Assembly: GCA_965644315.1 (NCBI GenBank)
Contig: CBFFRQ010000019.1
Coordinates: 418,057 to 482,056 of the forward strand
Source of the DNA: Caecitellus pseudoparvulus
Taxonomy: Eukaryota > Protista > Bigyra: Bicosoecida
Direction of reading: 5' to 3'
Length of the DNA stretch: 64,000 nucleotides
A program made the translations under genes and the position numbers. The notes below the pieces were generated by a model. That model was not told the origin of the DNA and made no database searches. It saw only the letters and a list, made by a program, of their open reading frames with translations. Of this stretch, positions 1-11,504 are shown in pieces. Numbering within the stretch: the stretch's first letter is position 1; every line of letters begins with the position of its first letter.

Positions 1-1383
1 CCGATCGACCAAGAAGGACCGCCAAGGCGAATGTGCTCCAGCTTTTCAGGACAGCTCTTCATCTGTGCGATGGAGTGTGTATACTCGGGAGGGAATTGAT
101 ACAACTGCCTCTTTGAATAGAACATGTGCTCTACCGGCAGGAAACTGGAGCACATGAGGAGGCCCAATGCGGGACGGCTGCCTTTCTGCAGGCACAGCTG
201 TTCACAGTTCCATTTCGAAGCACACTCTTCGGTAAAGTGACTGGCCTTGAAGAGGCATTCAACTTCGTCAACGAGGGCGATGACGGCAATGCCGGCTGCC
301 TTGAGCAGAACGTTCACAATATCCTTGCGGTCAGATGTGTAGGCCTCCATCAGTGCTGCGTACAGCTCAGGAGTCAGTGCCTCTGGATCGCCAGCACCCG
401 CACCATCATCTGAAGGCCACAAGTGCCGCAAGTGGACGCGGTGTACCATGTATGTCGGCGTGTCCTTGGCGGTCTCGGCCAGGTATTCCAGCGCCTTTGC
501 CACAGGCGCGTGCCGCCCAAGTCCACGCAGTTGCTGTGCAACTGAGCCGAGCAGCCACTCATCGAAGCCCCTTGTATCCGATGGATCGTGCTTTGACAGG
601 TCGATCATGCAGCACAAAGTCAACTTGCCGTCCGGATTTGCCGCGCTTTGGCTCGCCGTCTCCTGAGCAAACGCGCGCAGCATGTGGGACTTCCCACTGC
701 CCTTGGGGCCCGTTAGGAGGTATGCTTGTGGCAACGGAGAGTAGCCAAGCAACTCCCTTCGCATGAAACCGAGGGAGTATGCCAAGAGCCTCAAGTGGCT
801 CAGGGGAACGAACACCTCATGCTCACTGAGGGCGAGATCTTGTAGCACGGAGTTGGCTGGCGATAGCACCCCTTCGTACTCTGGCAACGGCAGTCCAAAC
901 ATGCACATCTTTTCACAGGGCCCCATCGTGTTTTCATCAGTTCGAGGCGGCATCGCACTCGCTGTCTCCGCTGCGGCGTCTGTGAGTCACAAGGAGGCTG
1001 AACGTACACGTGCAAACGCAGTTCATGGCAGCCATGCCAAGCCGCCCAAACCACCTTATCGCAACGCAGAACGCACCGTCCATTGCAAGGCGAGAATGAA
1101 CGGTATCGCCAGAGAAGGAGGAGCCCTTGTAGCGCTCTTGCAGTCCGGCAAGGCCGCTGAGTTTCGTGCGGAATTGGCAAACCTGCGTTTCAGACCCCAG
1201 AAGCTTGGAGCGCGCGCAGTCTTCACTCTCCCCACTGAAGTAGTGCACGGGAGCTGCGCACTGTGCGCAGTGTGCCCCTCGTGCATGGGTTGCCTGATGC
1301 TGGAGTGGGCTGGATTGTATCGCCGCCCTTCGTTTGCTTTGGCACATCCAGGGGGGGTCTCCAACAAGGCGCCAGTCATGCAT
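1..1383 (-). CDS. P-loop NTPase (AAA+/STAND-like), 3' end runs off the window
   Basis: Manual translation of 979->1 is open with Walker A YLLTGPKGSGKS (~688-723) and Walker B VIALVDEVE (~259-285). Putative GT-AG intron 1076-980 joins it in frame to ORF 937..1554. Start codon uncertain (ATG 1383 assumed; ATG 953 is an alternative). Confidence 0.7.
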
Positions 1384-1614
1384 CACTTTCCGCTCTGGTG
1401 AGGACTCGACTGCTTGAAGGTACGGCACCAGGGCACTCTCCCTTCCTTCGGCGTTTTCCACTCGAGAGTGGCCACGCTCAAGTGGCTTGCACCTCCCCCT
1501 TTTTCCAGGGTCCAGGTCTGGCCTTTTCCGCAAAAACCACCCACTTCCAACCACCTCATTATAGTGCTGCTCCCTTGCTGTTCAGCGTGCTACCTTGGCC
1601 TTGCACTTTGTGCC

Positions 1615-2199
1615 ATGGCAGCTGCTGCGCCGGACGCCTCCGCTGCTGAAGCGAAAGTCAATGCGGCTGCGCCGACGCCCGTTCCGCAGCAAGGGCGGAT
1701 CCCACGGCCGCTGAAGCAGTGTCACTATATTTTAGAGAACAGGAAAAGACTGCGGAACAAAGCTGTGGCCTCTGCCGCCACTGGTGCGGCGGTGGGAGGC
1801 GCCCTCGGCCACAGCCTGGGTTCGGCTCTATTTCCGCAGGGTCGAGGCGCGTGGACTGCGCACGTGCCCAGCACGACGCCGAGTGCGTCAGAAGGCACGG
1901 CGGCGCGCAGTCGGTACGAACGCATGTTGGGCGGCATGTGGCGCCTCCCTGGCCTGCGCTGGGTGAGCGTTCGGCGCCCAGTGGCGGTGCTGGTGGGTGG
2001 CATTGGCCTCGGTCTCCTGGCTGGCTTGCGTGTGGGCTTGCCGGCGTCAGACTGGCAGTGGCTGCGGGACAACGCCAACCCGAGTCGAGCGGAAATGGAC
2101 GCTGCTGAGCGCGTGGCGGCGGCGGAGTCCACACTGGTGGGGGGGGGGGCGTTGCGGCGCAGTGCAGGAGCAGTGGTGGCCTCCCAGCAGGACCGCTGA
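1615..2199 (+). CDS. hypothetical small membrane protein
   Basis: ATG at 1615 within ORF 1414..2199; two Gly/Ala-rich hydrophobic segments (AATGAAVGGALGHSLG; VAVLVGGIGLGLLAGL). Confidence 0.5.
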   Translation: MAAAAPDASAAEAKVNAAAPTPVPQQGRIPRPLKQCHYILENRKRLRNKAVASAATGAAVGGALGHSLGSALFPQGRGAWTAHVPSTTPSASEGTAARSRYERMLGGMWRLPGLRWVSVRRPVAVLVGGIGLGLLAGLRVGLPASDWQWLRDNANPSRAEMDAAERVAAAESTLVGGGALRRSAGAVVASQQDR

Positions 2200-2533
2200 G
2201 GCCGTGCCTGGCACCTGCCAAGTATTATCAATTACCAACCATACAGTGCCATGTGTAGGCTTGCCCTGCTTGGCATTGGCGTGTGCCGGTTAGAGTGGCA
2301 GCGTGTGGCCCGCCGTGGGAGAGCTCGGCCCTGGTACCCGTCCTTGGGGGGGCTGCGCACCCCCCCTCCAAAGGAAAAATTAAAACTCAAACTCCACATG
2401 CACTTCGTCGGGCAGCACGTGGCCCATGCGAGCATGCGAAGGCTGTGGGCGGCAGGGCAAGGTGCGCCAGTGTCGTGGCCTGGGTGCACAGGCCAGCCTT
2501 GGCAGCCTGCTGCGTTGAAGTGGCTCCAGCCAC

Positions 2534-4810
2534 GTGGCAGGTTTCGGAAACGCCGCACTACACTCACGGTTCTTCTTCCAGTGGGCCGACTACCTTCATC
2601 GCCTGCTCCTCAGGATGCAGTCGGCGGCAGGAAGCCTGGTGGGCGGACAGCAGATTCCGCACGCCACGCCTCCCGAAGCTATTGTGCTGCGAGTTGCACT
2701 GAGCCACAGCCGGCGCGCACGGGACAGTGAAACACGTGGTGATATAGAACAGGTGCGTCGTGGTTGAGGGGGAGCCGGCTCGGTGCACGTGTCGTGGTGC
2801 CGCCGCCCGATTCTGTGTCGAAGCAGGGCTGGCAGCTTTAGCAGACATGCGTGGACGCCCCCCCCCTCCCTCTGCCGACCACCACAGGCACGGGCCATGT
2901 ACAGCAGTGCAGCGCAACTGCTGCGAGCTACAGCTGCTAGCCGGGCCTTGACCCCTGCTCAGGCCACGCAGGCCATTGCGTTGGCTGCTGCGTACGAACG
3001 GCAGGCAGAGAAGGGCCCTGCCCCACCCTCTGCACTTGCAGCTGTAGGACTGCCTCACACGGGCAGTGGTTCGGGGGTCCGTGCTGATCACAGTGCTGCC
3101 CCGGCCCCTGCGTCGCTGGCACAGCAGGGTGCCTTGGCCTCTGGGACAGAGGCGGTTGCGAAACGCTCTGCCGGCACCAGCCTCCTGCGGCCATCACCCG
3201 GGCTGCTGCGGGCGCAGGCAGCCCAAAGCGGCGCAGCTGGGCTGGAGAAAGTTGGATTTCGTGACGGCCCCGGGGCTGGGCAGCCCGCTGGCCTCTCGCC
3301 TTGCCTGAGCAGCGGCGCCGTGCTGCCCCCGGCACACCCTGCGCTGCTGCCGTTTTGGCTCTTTGCACGACTGCAGAGCGGTCTGCGCGGCGGCTGCATG
3401 CTGACGCCGCGGCTGTTCCTGCCCAAGGCACTCTTTTGTACAGGGCATGCCCGTGTGGCAAGCGTGCGGCAGCTGCGGCAGCTGCTGCAGCGGCTAACAG
3501 CCTCCCTGCGCCGCGCATCAAGTGCCCTGGATGTAACGTCACCCACCACGCCAGGAGTGCTGCACGACGCGCTGTGCCAGCTGCTGGCTGACATTCGAAG
3601 CGCGAACACTGCATTTACGGGGAGAGTGCCACGTCTCCTGTCCCTGCTGCCCCGCAAGACGGCTGCCAGCGCGTTGCCAGGCGTTGGCCAGCTGACGGCG
3701 TCAGCATCACCTGCCGCGTCACACTGCACCGCCGCTGGCACGGCGCCGCCCACCTCGCCTGAGAAGGCCCCCACCCCTGCAGCATTCCAAGGTGTGCGCA
3801 GCAGCCCCCTGGGCCCGCCTGCTTCTGCCGGTGAGCGGGGCAGTGGTGGCGCAAGTGTTGCTTCGGGGCCCATGGTGCGCCCCCGCCCCCACCCGACTTC
3901 ACCGGAACACACGCTGCTGGCGCCGGAGTTCCTGGTAATTTCCACGCCCCATTGTGTGGGAGTGCCCCTGGGCAGCAGTGTCGTGGCGTCAGGCTTGGCT
4001 GGGCCCGCTGGCCCGCGGCGCGGTACTGTGGCGCCGCCGCGCCGGCCCAGCGCCCCAGCGCGGACGCCGCCGCCCAGGGGCATGGGCCCACCTGCCGCCA
4101 CCCCGGCAGATGGCGTGACAGGCGCGCCAGGGAGTGACTCGCGGTCCAGCCCAAGCCCCGACACGCCCCCCCCCTCCGCGCCGTCCTCGGGCTGGTGGTC
4201 AGCCCTCAGCACAGGAGTCACGTCGGGCATCACCTCAGTGCTGGCAGGCATGGGGGCGGGGGGTGGTGGGCCAGCTGGCCCCAGCCCTGCGCCATCGGCG
4301 GCGCCCCCCTCCTCTGACGGCGCGCCTGACGCCAGGCAAGGCGCACCCCCGCCCCTGCTGACACCTGAAGCTGGCGCCGCCCTGTCAAGTGACGTGCTGG
4401 CCCTGTGTGAGGCGGCTGACGCGCTGGGCGCGTGGACTGCCGTGGCCGTGTGGGCAGGCACACAGCAAGAGTGTGGGGAGTTTTCAGACGATGAGGAGGG
4501 CCCTGCGCTGGGGGGGGCGTGGCGTGCGCCAGCAGCCCCAGCGCAGGAGGCCAAAGCCGCGTTGCCGTTTCTGGCACGGGCTGCTCAGGGGCTGCAGGAC
4601 GCCGGGCATGCCCACGCGGCAGTGCAGGCACTGGGCAGTGACAGGGCTGCCACGGCGCACGTGCTGAATCACTGCGCGCGCGGGCTGTGGCACACTGCCG
4701 CTGTGCCGGTGCTGGAGGCTGTGCGGACAGCGGTGCGCGCCCATGCACGCGCAGCAGGCGCGGCGTTTGGGCAGCCTCCACGGCCACAGACGGGCTTCTT
4801 GTGGAGATGA
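2534..4810 (+). CDS. hypothetical protein, Pro/Ala-rich with helical segments
   Basis: 675-aa ORF 2783..4810; intron 2753-2887 (GTGCGT..CACAG) links it in frame to ORF 2534..2767. True start not resolved. Confidence 0.5.
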
Positions 4811-5706
4811 GAAGCCTCCTGTTGCGTGTGTGTGTGTAACGGGCTTTGTTCATAGGGCCGGCTGTGCACTGTGTGGCTGTGCGTGCGACGTGGGTGGGTG
4901 AAATTGTCCACGTTTTTGTCGCGGCGACGGCCGCTTGGCCCGAAGTGCTTCACGCACACCCTCCGTTGCAGCGGGCACCTCCGGCTGGGAAAGCCTGCTT
5001 TCGAGCTCCACAACTAGCTAGGATGAGCCTCCGGCGGGTTCGGCCGCGCGGCTGCCGCGGTGCGTGGCGCTGTGGCGTTGCTGGGCGCCATTTCTGGCGT
5101 GCTGATGTGGCGAGCGTTTTCACAAGCCTCGGGTTGGGTTCCGACGGCTGATGAGGGGGGTCAAGGGGGCCATCCGCGCAGACGCACGCCCACATCAACG
5201 CCTGCCCTACCCAGTCCCGCACGCCCGACCAATTCACCATACCGAACACAACGCCACGAACCAGTGTCATGGCACGCCTGCCATTGCCTGTGCAGAGCAA
5301 CCTGCCTGTTGCAGTCCAGCCTGCAACGCCAGCCGTCTGCTTGCCCTGCCCCTGCGCGTGCCTTCCCTACTAGGTCTCGTGAAACCTTACAGTAAGAAAT
5401 TGCTGATTGACTACTGTAGGAGTTCAGGCTTATATCAGAAATGGCGAAATGAGGATTCTTGGGATATTTGAGTTGGGAACCCCACCAAAAACTGATCGAT
5501 ATGTACTTCATGCGGAATCAATCGCTTGCACTCGCCAGCCTGATGCAGGTTTTGCTGTAGGTCGTAGTGATTGGCAAGTGAGAATTGCGGAAATCGGTTT
5601 GCAGGAATAAAATGATACTTCACTCAAATCCAACTCAGAGCATACTAAAAGCTGCACAACTTATCCCAGTACTACGGACTTTAGTTTTGGCTTGGATTCT
5701 TTCCAG

Positions 5707-7044
5707 ATGGCCGCCCATCCGGCTGGCGGGAGCCAGCATGGTTCCCAACCCCACTCAACAACCCCGAATGGCCAACAGGATGCCGTACAACGCGGAATCG
5801 TAAAACCCAGAGGAGTCCCAGTCCCAGATGACGTTGTACTGACCCTTTTCGCAGTGAGTTTTGGCGCTGGATCTTGCTGCTGTAGGTGTGGTACCCCACA
5901 AACCCGTTTCAAATGAAACGCCTAGATTGCCTCAAGCTGGCTGGAGAAGAAAATGGACGAAGGTGGGTCCCTTGTCGATGCTCTTCCGCATAAAGCTGCA
6001 GAAAAGACCCAGTTTATCAAGTTCTTGGAGCGATTGATCAGCGCGGGAGCCGGAACCGTGGACGTCCCCGGTGGCGTTTCATGGCTGGTGCGGCCTGAGC
6101 ATGCAGCTGCATACCTTGGCGTTCCAACAGAGGGAAACGTGGGCCCTGCAGGGCTGTACTGGTCTGCTGCACATGCCCAAGCAAAGTTGTCAGCTTTCTT
6201 GGCAGACCGCAAGAACGGGAAGTCTGTACAGAGGACTTTCCACAACCTGCAATTGAAGGGCAGACTGCGACGGGGACTCAAGGAAGCCATCCAGGCCCTT
6301 GAGCTTCTTGCAGAGCATGCAGTGGAAAATCCAGCCGTGGCATTCCCAGAGGATCCAACTAAATGCCCTTCTGATCCAGCATTGCTCCCATTTTCAGCCT
6401 TGCTGCGGGTACATGTTCACAACCAGGAGGCTCACTCAGGTCCGTGCCTTGGCCCCACCCTGACTCCGGGAAGTGAAGAAGTTGCACGCTTCGCAGCAGC
6501 TTTCGGGTACATTCGTTACCATTCAGTGGTGCGCATGGCTGTTCGCGTGAACCCAAAGCTTGAGCGAAGCCGACGGAAGCGTCAGCGTACGTCCCCGGCC
6601 CTCGATCGACCACGGTCCAAATCGGTTCGAGGAGCTCAGACCCCAAGCCCGGGACAGGCGGGTACCCCTAGCAACATTGCTGATACGCTGGTTGATGAAC
6701 TTACTGAGGCGGCATGTCAGATCGACCCCGCGGCAGTCCCCTTCTTGTCTGTCGAGACCGCTCTGTCTCTTGAGGAGCAAGACGCTGCAATCGCAGCAGT
6801 AGCACAAGCAACTGAGGCTTCAGCATCAAGACGCAATGCTGGAAACCGCGGCAGTGACCCAAGCGGTCTGTTTCACAGCGCTGCAGTGCTTCGAAAGGCT
6901 GCCCAACAAGCAAAAGAGTGCTTCGATGTGTCAAGGGACTCTCAACGCATGCACGACACTCTGAAGGAGGCTCTTGTCCAGCTCTTGGACAGGATGACGT
7001 CGATCGAGCAAGCAGTGACACGGATAGAGGCTCGTCTTGCATGA
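5707..7044 (+). CDS. transposon accessory protein (ORF1), possible degenerate Myb/SANT-like N-terminus, C-terminal coiled coil
   Basis: 363-aa ORF 5953..7044 extended in frame by exon 5707-5853 and intron 5854-5925 (GTGAGT..CCTAG), giving ~421 aa. Its position matches the second ORF of Harbinger elements; the Myb call is weak. Confidence 0.7.
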
Positions 7045-7213
7045 TCCAGGGGACACACCTTTCACTCCTTCCGTCCCGAGTGTAAAGTCATTGTATTTGT
7101 TGTGTATGGTGATCAGAGGAGGGAACAGGAGCGAGACACGGCTTTGCTGATCAATGCACGCTGCCGGGTGGGCCAGGGGGAAGACACCATTGAGAGGGGT
7201 GGTGTCCTCGAGC

Positions 7214-9417
7214 TCACTTCGGTAGGGCAGATCCCGCTGCCGTGGCTGTGCCTTGCGAAGCGCAGGAAAGTGTCAGCCGGTGAACGAGGTCGCCCCTCGT
7301 ACCAATGCAAGACAACCCCGTTTCTTCACATCGTTGGCGAAGCTGGTCGATGGTCATCCGCGCTATCGAGTCCGGGTCCAGACAAGGGTCACCCTCAAGG
7401 AGAAGTCCAGACGCAAACTCCACGAGCGGGCTGTCCTCCAAACCAGATCCCGGACACTGCAACAGGCTAAGCTCCACTGGAGTGCAGTTCTTGTCCAATG
7501 CCAACCTCTCTGCGATCAGAGGGAGTGTGTTGTACAAGTGCGTCGCTGCTCCCGAGGAGTGCAGCTCTTGTTCCTCGGTTCCATCCTCGTGGTAGTAGTA
7601 CACCTCCCACATTGCGGTGTAGGGGTGGACCAACACTGCGTAGCCTCGCTCGGGTTGTGACCCCCCGAGTACATGAGAGGTTCGTTTTGCCGAAGGACCA
7701 TCCCGTGAAACCACTTTCGCAGTCGTGGCATGACTTCCTGTTGTGCACTGCCTCGACTCCGTGTATGACGGGGTTGACCCGGCACAGCAGATGCTGTGCC
7801 GGGCTTCTTGCTCCTCTTCTTCAAGGATGACAAGCCCCCTTGGTCCAGGTCCTGCAGCACCTCGCGATCAAGTCCATGGAGCAGCGTCGTCATGGTTTGG
7901 ATCTGCTCCCAAAGCTCTGACGAGGCCCCGCGAGGGGGCTGGGCTTCAACCTCAGGCGCAGATTCCCCTTGTGCATCACGCACAGCTTTGGCAACGGCCT
8001 GATAAGCCACCTTCATGGGTCGCTTGTTGCGCCGGACTTGCATCAGTCGGGGCAGGTCTTCAAATGTGCGATCTGCTGCCTCCCCTAATGCACGGTCGGC
8101 CTTTACAGTGAGATGGAGCAAGCTCAACGAGTGATTCTTTCGAAGCAGCCATGACTCGCTTCGGAGGCTGCGACGAGTGTAAAGCATCCGAAATGCAACA
8201 AGACCTGTGACCGCCTTGACCGTCAAGAGCAGAAGTGCCTTTTGGTCTGCGAGGAACGGCATCTGTGAGTGTCTTTCGCTCAACCTACCATTGAACGACT
8301 TGATGACGTTGTTGCAGTTCTCCACTACAAGCCTTGCGCTGCTTATCATCTCCGTTCGCAGATCCAAGCTAAGCAGCATCCCAGACGCCATGCGCAGCCT
8401 CTCGAGCTCTTCGGCATCCTCCCACCCAGCCTCAATGTGCTGGGTGATCTTGTCGGCCCACTGTTTGAGGTGGGATGGCTTGTCTCCCGCTACAATGTGC
8501 TTGTTGGAGTGCCAGTACAATGCATCTCCTAGCAGCAGATCGCCTGGCTCCATGACTCCATGGCGGCGCAGGGTTCGCACCGCGTCTGACGCCGCCGCAA
8601 CTTCAGACTGTGATCCAGGCCCCATCTCAAAAATAGCCAAGGGAACTCCAGTGAGGTCTGTCACAAGCAGGAAGTCGTAACCTGGAATCTTGTGGTGGAC
8701 GTTGTAGTGGGATTGGGGTCGGCCCGGCATCGCTTGCATCGGGATGGTTACCCCATCCACTGCCCCGACAACACGGCCAAGTGCGCCGCCAAAAATCCCG
8801 TGAGACACGTCCCGCTGATCTTCGGGTATCTTGAGCATCAAATTTCTGGTGGCAACAGAGAGGACGAAGGGAATCACCTCCCGGAAGATCCCATGCATAG
8901 ATCCTTCCGGCATCTTCGTAATGATCGCCAGAGCGGCAGGAGGGTGCCCACGGAGCTGGGAAATGCAAATGAAAATCCGTACAAAGGCTGAGTGCTGCTT
9001 GGTTTGCATGTTTTTGGCCTTTACGAGAGCTCTCTGGACTTCGTCAGAGAAGTGCCTGTACATCTCTGCGTTCATCCCCGTTAACCTCCAACAGTGCCTC
9101 GGGTTCTGCAGCGTCGCTTCAATAGACTGGCGAATGACAAGTGGCTTGATCCTACGAAGCCTACCTCTGCCTTTTGCTGCTCCGAACTTCGCTTCCCGCT
9201 GATCCCTGCGGGTGTAGCCTTCGGCTCGAAGCTGGCCTGCCAAGGCATGCACCGAGTGTACAAGCAACGACTGCCCTGTGACAAGTGAGGCCGCACCAAG
9301 GTTCATCATGTGGGCACTTGCTTCAAGAATTCCTTGAGCTATTCCGCGTGACGACCTTTCCGGGACAGCTGTGGCCGTTCGCAACGGGGCGCCGGATCGG
9401 TCTCGTTTCGTCGCCAT
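7214..9417 (-). pseudogene. Harbinger-type DDE transposase, frameshifted before the C-terminal SAP domain
   Basis: Same sequence as 58486..60690 but C6 at 7661-7666 instead of C7, splitting it into ORFs 7516..9423 and 7214..7714. DDE core intact. Could be a homopolymer sequencing error. Confidence 0.75.
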
Positions 9418-9911
9418 CACCACTGGGTGAGAATTCGGCTTGGAAGAGGAAACCGGGCGAACAAATGGCGGAAGTTATGAGAAAGCTTGAGGTTGGCCAT
9501 GAATTGCGTGAAATTTTTGAGCCAGCGCTTATTCTGAAAGAGGTAGACGGCCTTGGGTGATTGGCCGTTTTCTTTCGGTGCCCGTAACGCCAACGGCCAA
9601 CGGCACCATCAAACAAAAAACTCAAATTTGAAGTATTTGAATTTTGGCGAAGCCCCCCCGCCGGGTCTTGTTGCGCAAAACCTCCAAGAACGCAAAATTG
9701 CTCTAAGAATGTTGAGCATAGTGCTAGACCTTATATCAGTTTGTCCTACATTTGCCCTTATTGCAGGGTTTCACGAGACCTACCTACCCTACCGACAGCA
9801 GCGCGCTACAAGGCGGCCCCGCGCACACGTCACGCGCTCCCGCCCCTACACGCCCACCCCCGCACCGCCACGAGCAGAGGGCAGGCAGGGGGAGCTCTTC
9901 TGCGTCACAGC

Positions 9912-11504
9912 ATGGACCCCAGCTGGTCCCGCTTGCTCTTGCCGGCTGCAGTGCCGGCGCCACGCGCAGTGTTTGAAGGTGCTGCTGCAAGGCACGCCGC
10001 CGCTGCGCCAACCAAAAGCCAAAATGGCCAGGCGCCCGTGGCGGGCCACGGAGCGGGCGCAAACTTGCCACACGGCGCCATGACCATGCAATGTGGGTAC
10101 TTGACACCCAACCTGCCTGACAGCAGCGGCCGTGCTGTGGGCTGGCCAGGTGACCACCTCGCAATGCCGCCGGCCAGTGCGCGAGGAGTTGGTCAGTGGT
10201 CAGCTTCCCGCGGCACGCACGACGCAACGCAGCCGCGGCATGGGCACACCATGGGAGGTCCTGGCAGGGGCCACCTTGTGGTGCCTGCTTCGGGGGGCGT
10301 GCCTGTTGCGCCAGCGCTCGGTGCGCCTCAGCGTGCTGCTGCTTCCACCGCTGCAGCAAGTCTGTCACTTGGACAGCCCGCAGGGGGGCAGCGCGCCACC
10401 ACCACATCGGGCACCACCGGCGCGCCGGCGCAGGGTGGCAAGGCAGGCAAGCGCAGGGTGCTACAGCGTGGCAAGCACACCTTGCAGCCTTTGACGCAAG
10501 CGCAAGTGGACTCTGTCATCACGCCCGAGCTGCGGAGGCTGGCAGAGGGACTGTCCGTGTCAGGGCGTTCCCGCCTGCCCCTGCAGGCAGTGCAGCTGTT
10601 GCGGGCGTGGCTTTTGATGAATGATGCCTTCCCGTACCCTGATGGACTCAGCAAGCGGGCTCTGGCGGCGGCAACAGGTGCGTGCAGAGCTGCTGCCGGC
10701 GTTTTCTGACATGGCCTGACGTGCCACGCGTGCTGCATCTTGGCCACTCACACCATCACTCCCGCCCTCCGCACAGGCCTGCGCTCGGACCAAGTGACGA
10801 CATGGTTTGCGAACCAACGCAAACGGCACTGGTTCCCCGACAAGCGCAAGCGGCTCATCCAGGGCGGCGCCAGGGGCAGTGACATGTCCACCGCGCCTTC
10901 GAAGGCGCCAGGCAGCAGCGCTGCAAATTCTCCTTCGCTGGCCGACGAGGCGTGTGCAGCCGACGACGGCGCGCGGGACCGCTCCAATCGACGCCTGAAT
11001 GTGGACAGGCGCCGATTTGGCACGCGTATTCGTGGGTTCCATACAAAGGGCGGCTTCTCGCGCTATGATGTGCACAGCGAAGGAGGGGAGCGTGCGAAAC
11101 GCCGGCGCAGCGGCAGGGCATACCTCGGCACTGCCGCCCAGCCCGCCTCAGAAGCCACCTGCTCGCCAACGCCCGACCAGGCGCACGGCATTGCCAAGGA
11201 GGGGCGGCGTGATCTCGCCATCGGCAGCCCTGCGCTGGTGTGGGGAGGGCAATGTCCGCATAGCCGTGACGTTCCGCCTCCAGAGCGAGCCCAACGCAGC
11301 GCGTCAGCGCTGTCCAGCGCCAGCGGCGTGTGGAGCGCATGTGGCTCAGGCTCAACGCCCACTTCATCCTCAACAAACCCCTCCCGATCTGGCGTGGGGC
11401 TTGGCTCCGCCCTTCAGTCGTCCACGTGGCACCTACAGGGCTGGCTACACACTTCCATGCCTCCGCAGCCGCCGCTGCTGCTGCCAGGCAGCACACAGCT
11501 GTGA
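9912..11504 (+). CDS. TALE-class (KNOX-like) homeodomain protein
   Basis: RSRLPLQAVQLLRAWLLMNDAFPYPDGLSKRALAAATG | LRSDQVTTWFANQRKRHW joined in frame across intron 10678-10776; PYP loop typical of TALE. Start uncertain. Confidence 0.85.

Larger units (their letters stand above)
5371..9782. mobile_element. PIF/Harbinger(PHIS)-type DNA transposon, copy 1 (4412 bp)
   Basis: Perfect 16-bp TIR TAGGTCTCGTGAAACC (5371-5386) / GGTTTCACGAGACCTA (9767-9782); flanking CCTAC duplication (5366-5370, 9783-9787); two convergent ORFs; lower GC than flanks; second copy at 56643-61055. Confidence 0.95.

Noticed and set aside
5371-9782. Alternative parse as a TA-TSD element (GGTCTC..GAGACC flanked by TA)
   Set aside because: Both copies have additional distinct 5-bp duplications, and only the 5-bp parse restores the interrupted ORF at copy 2.
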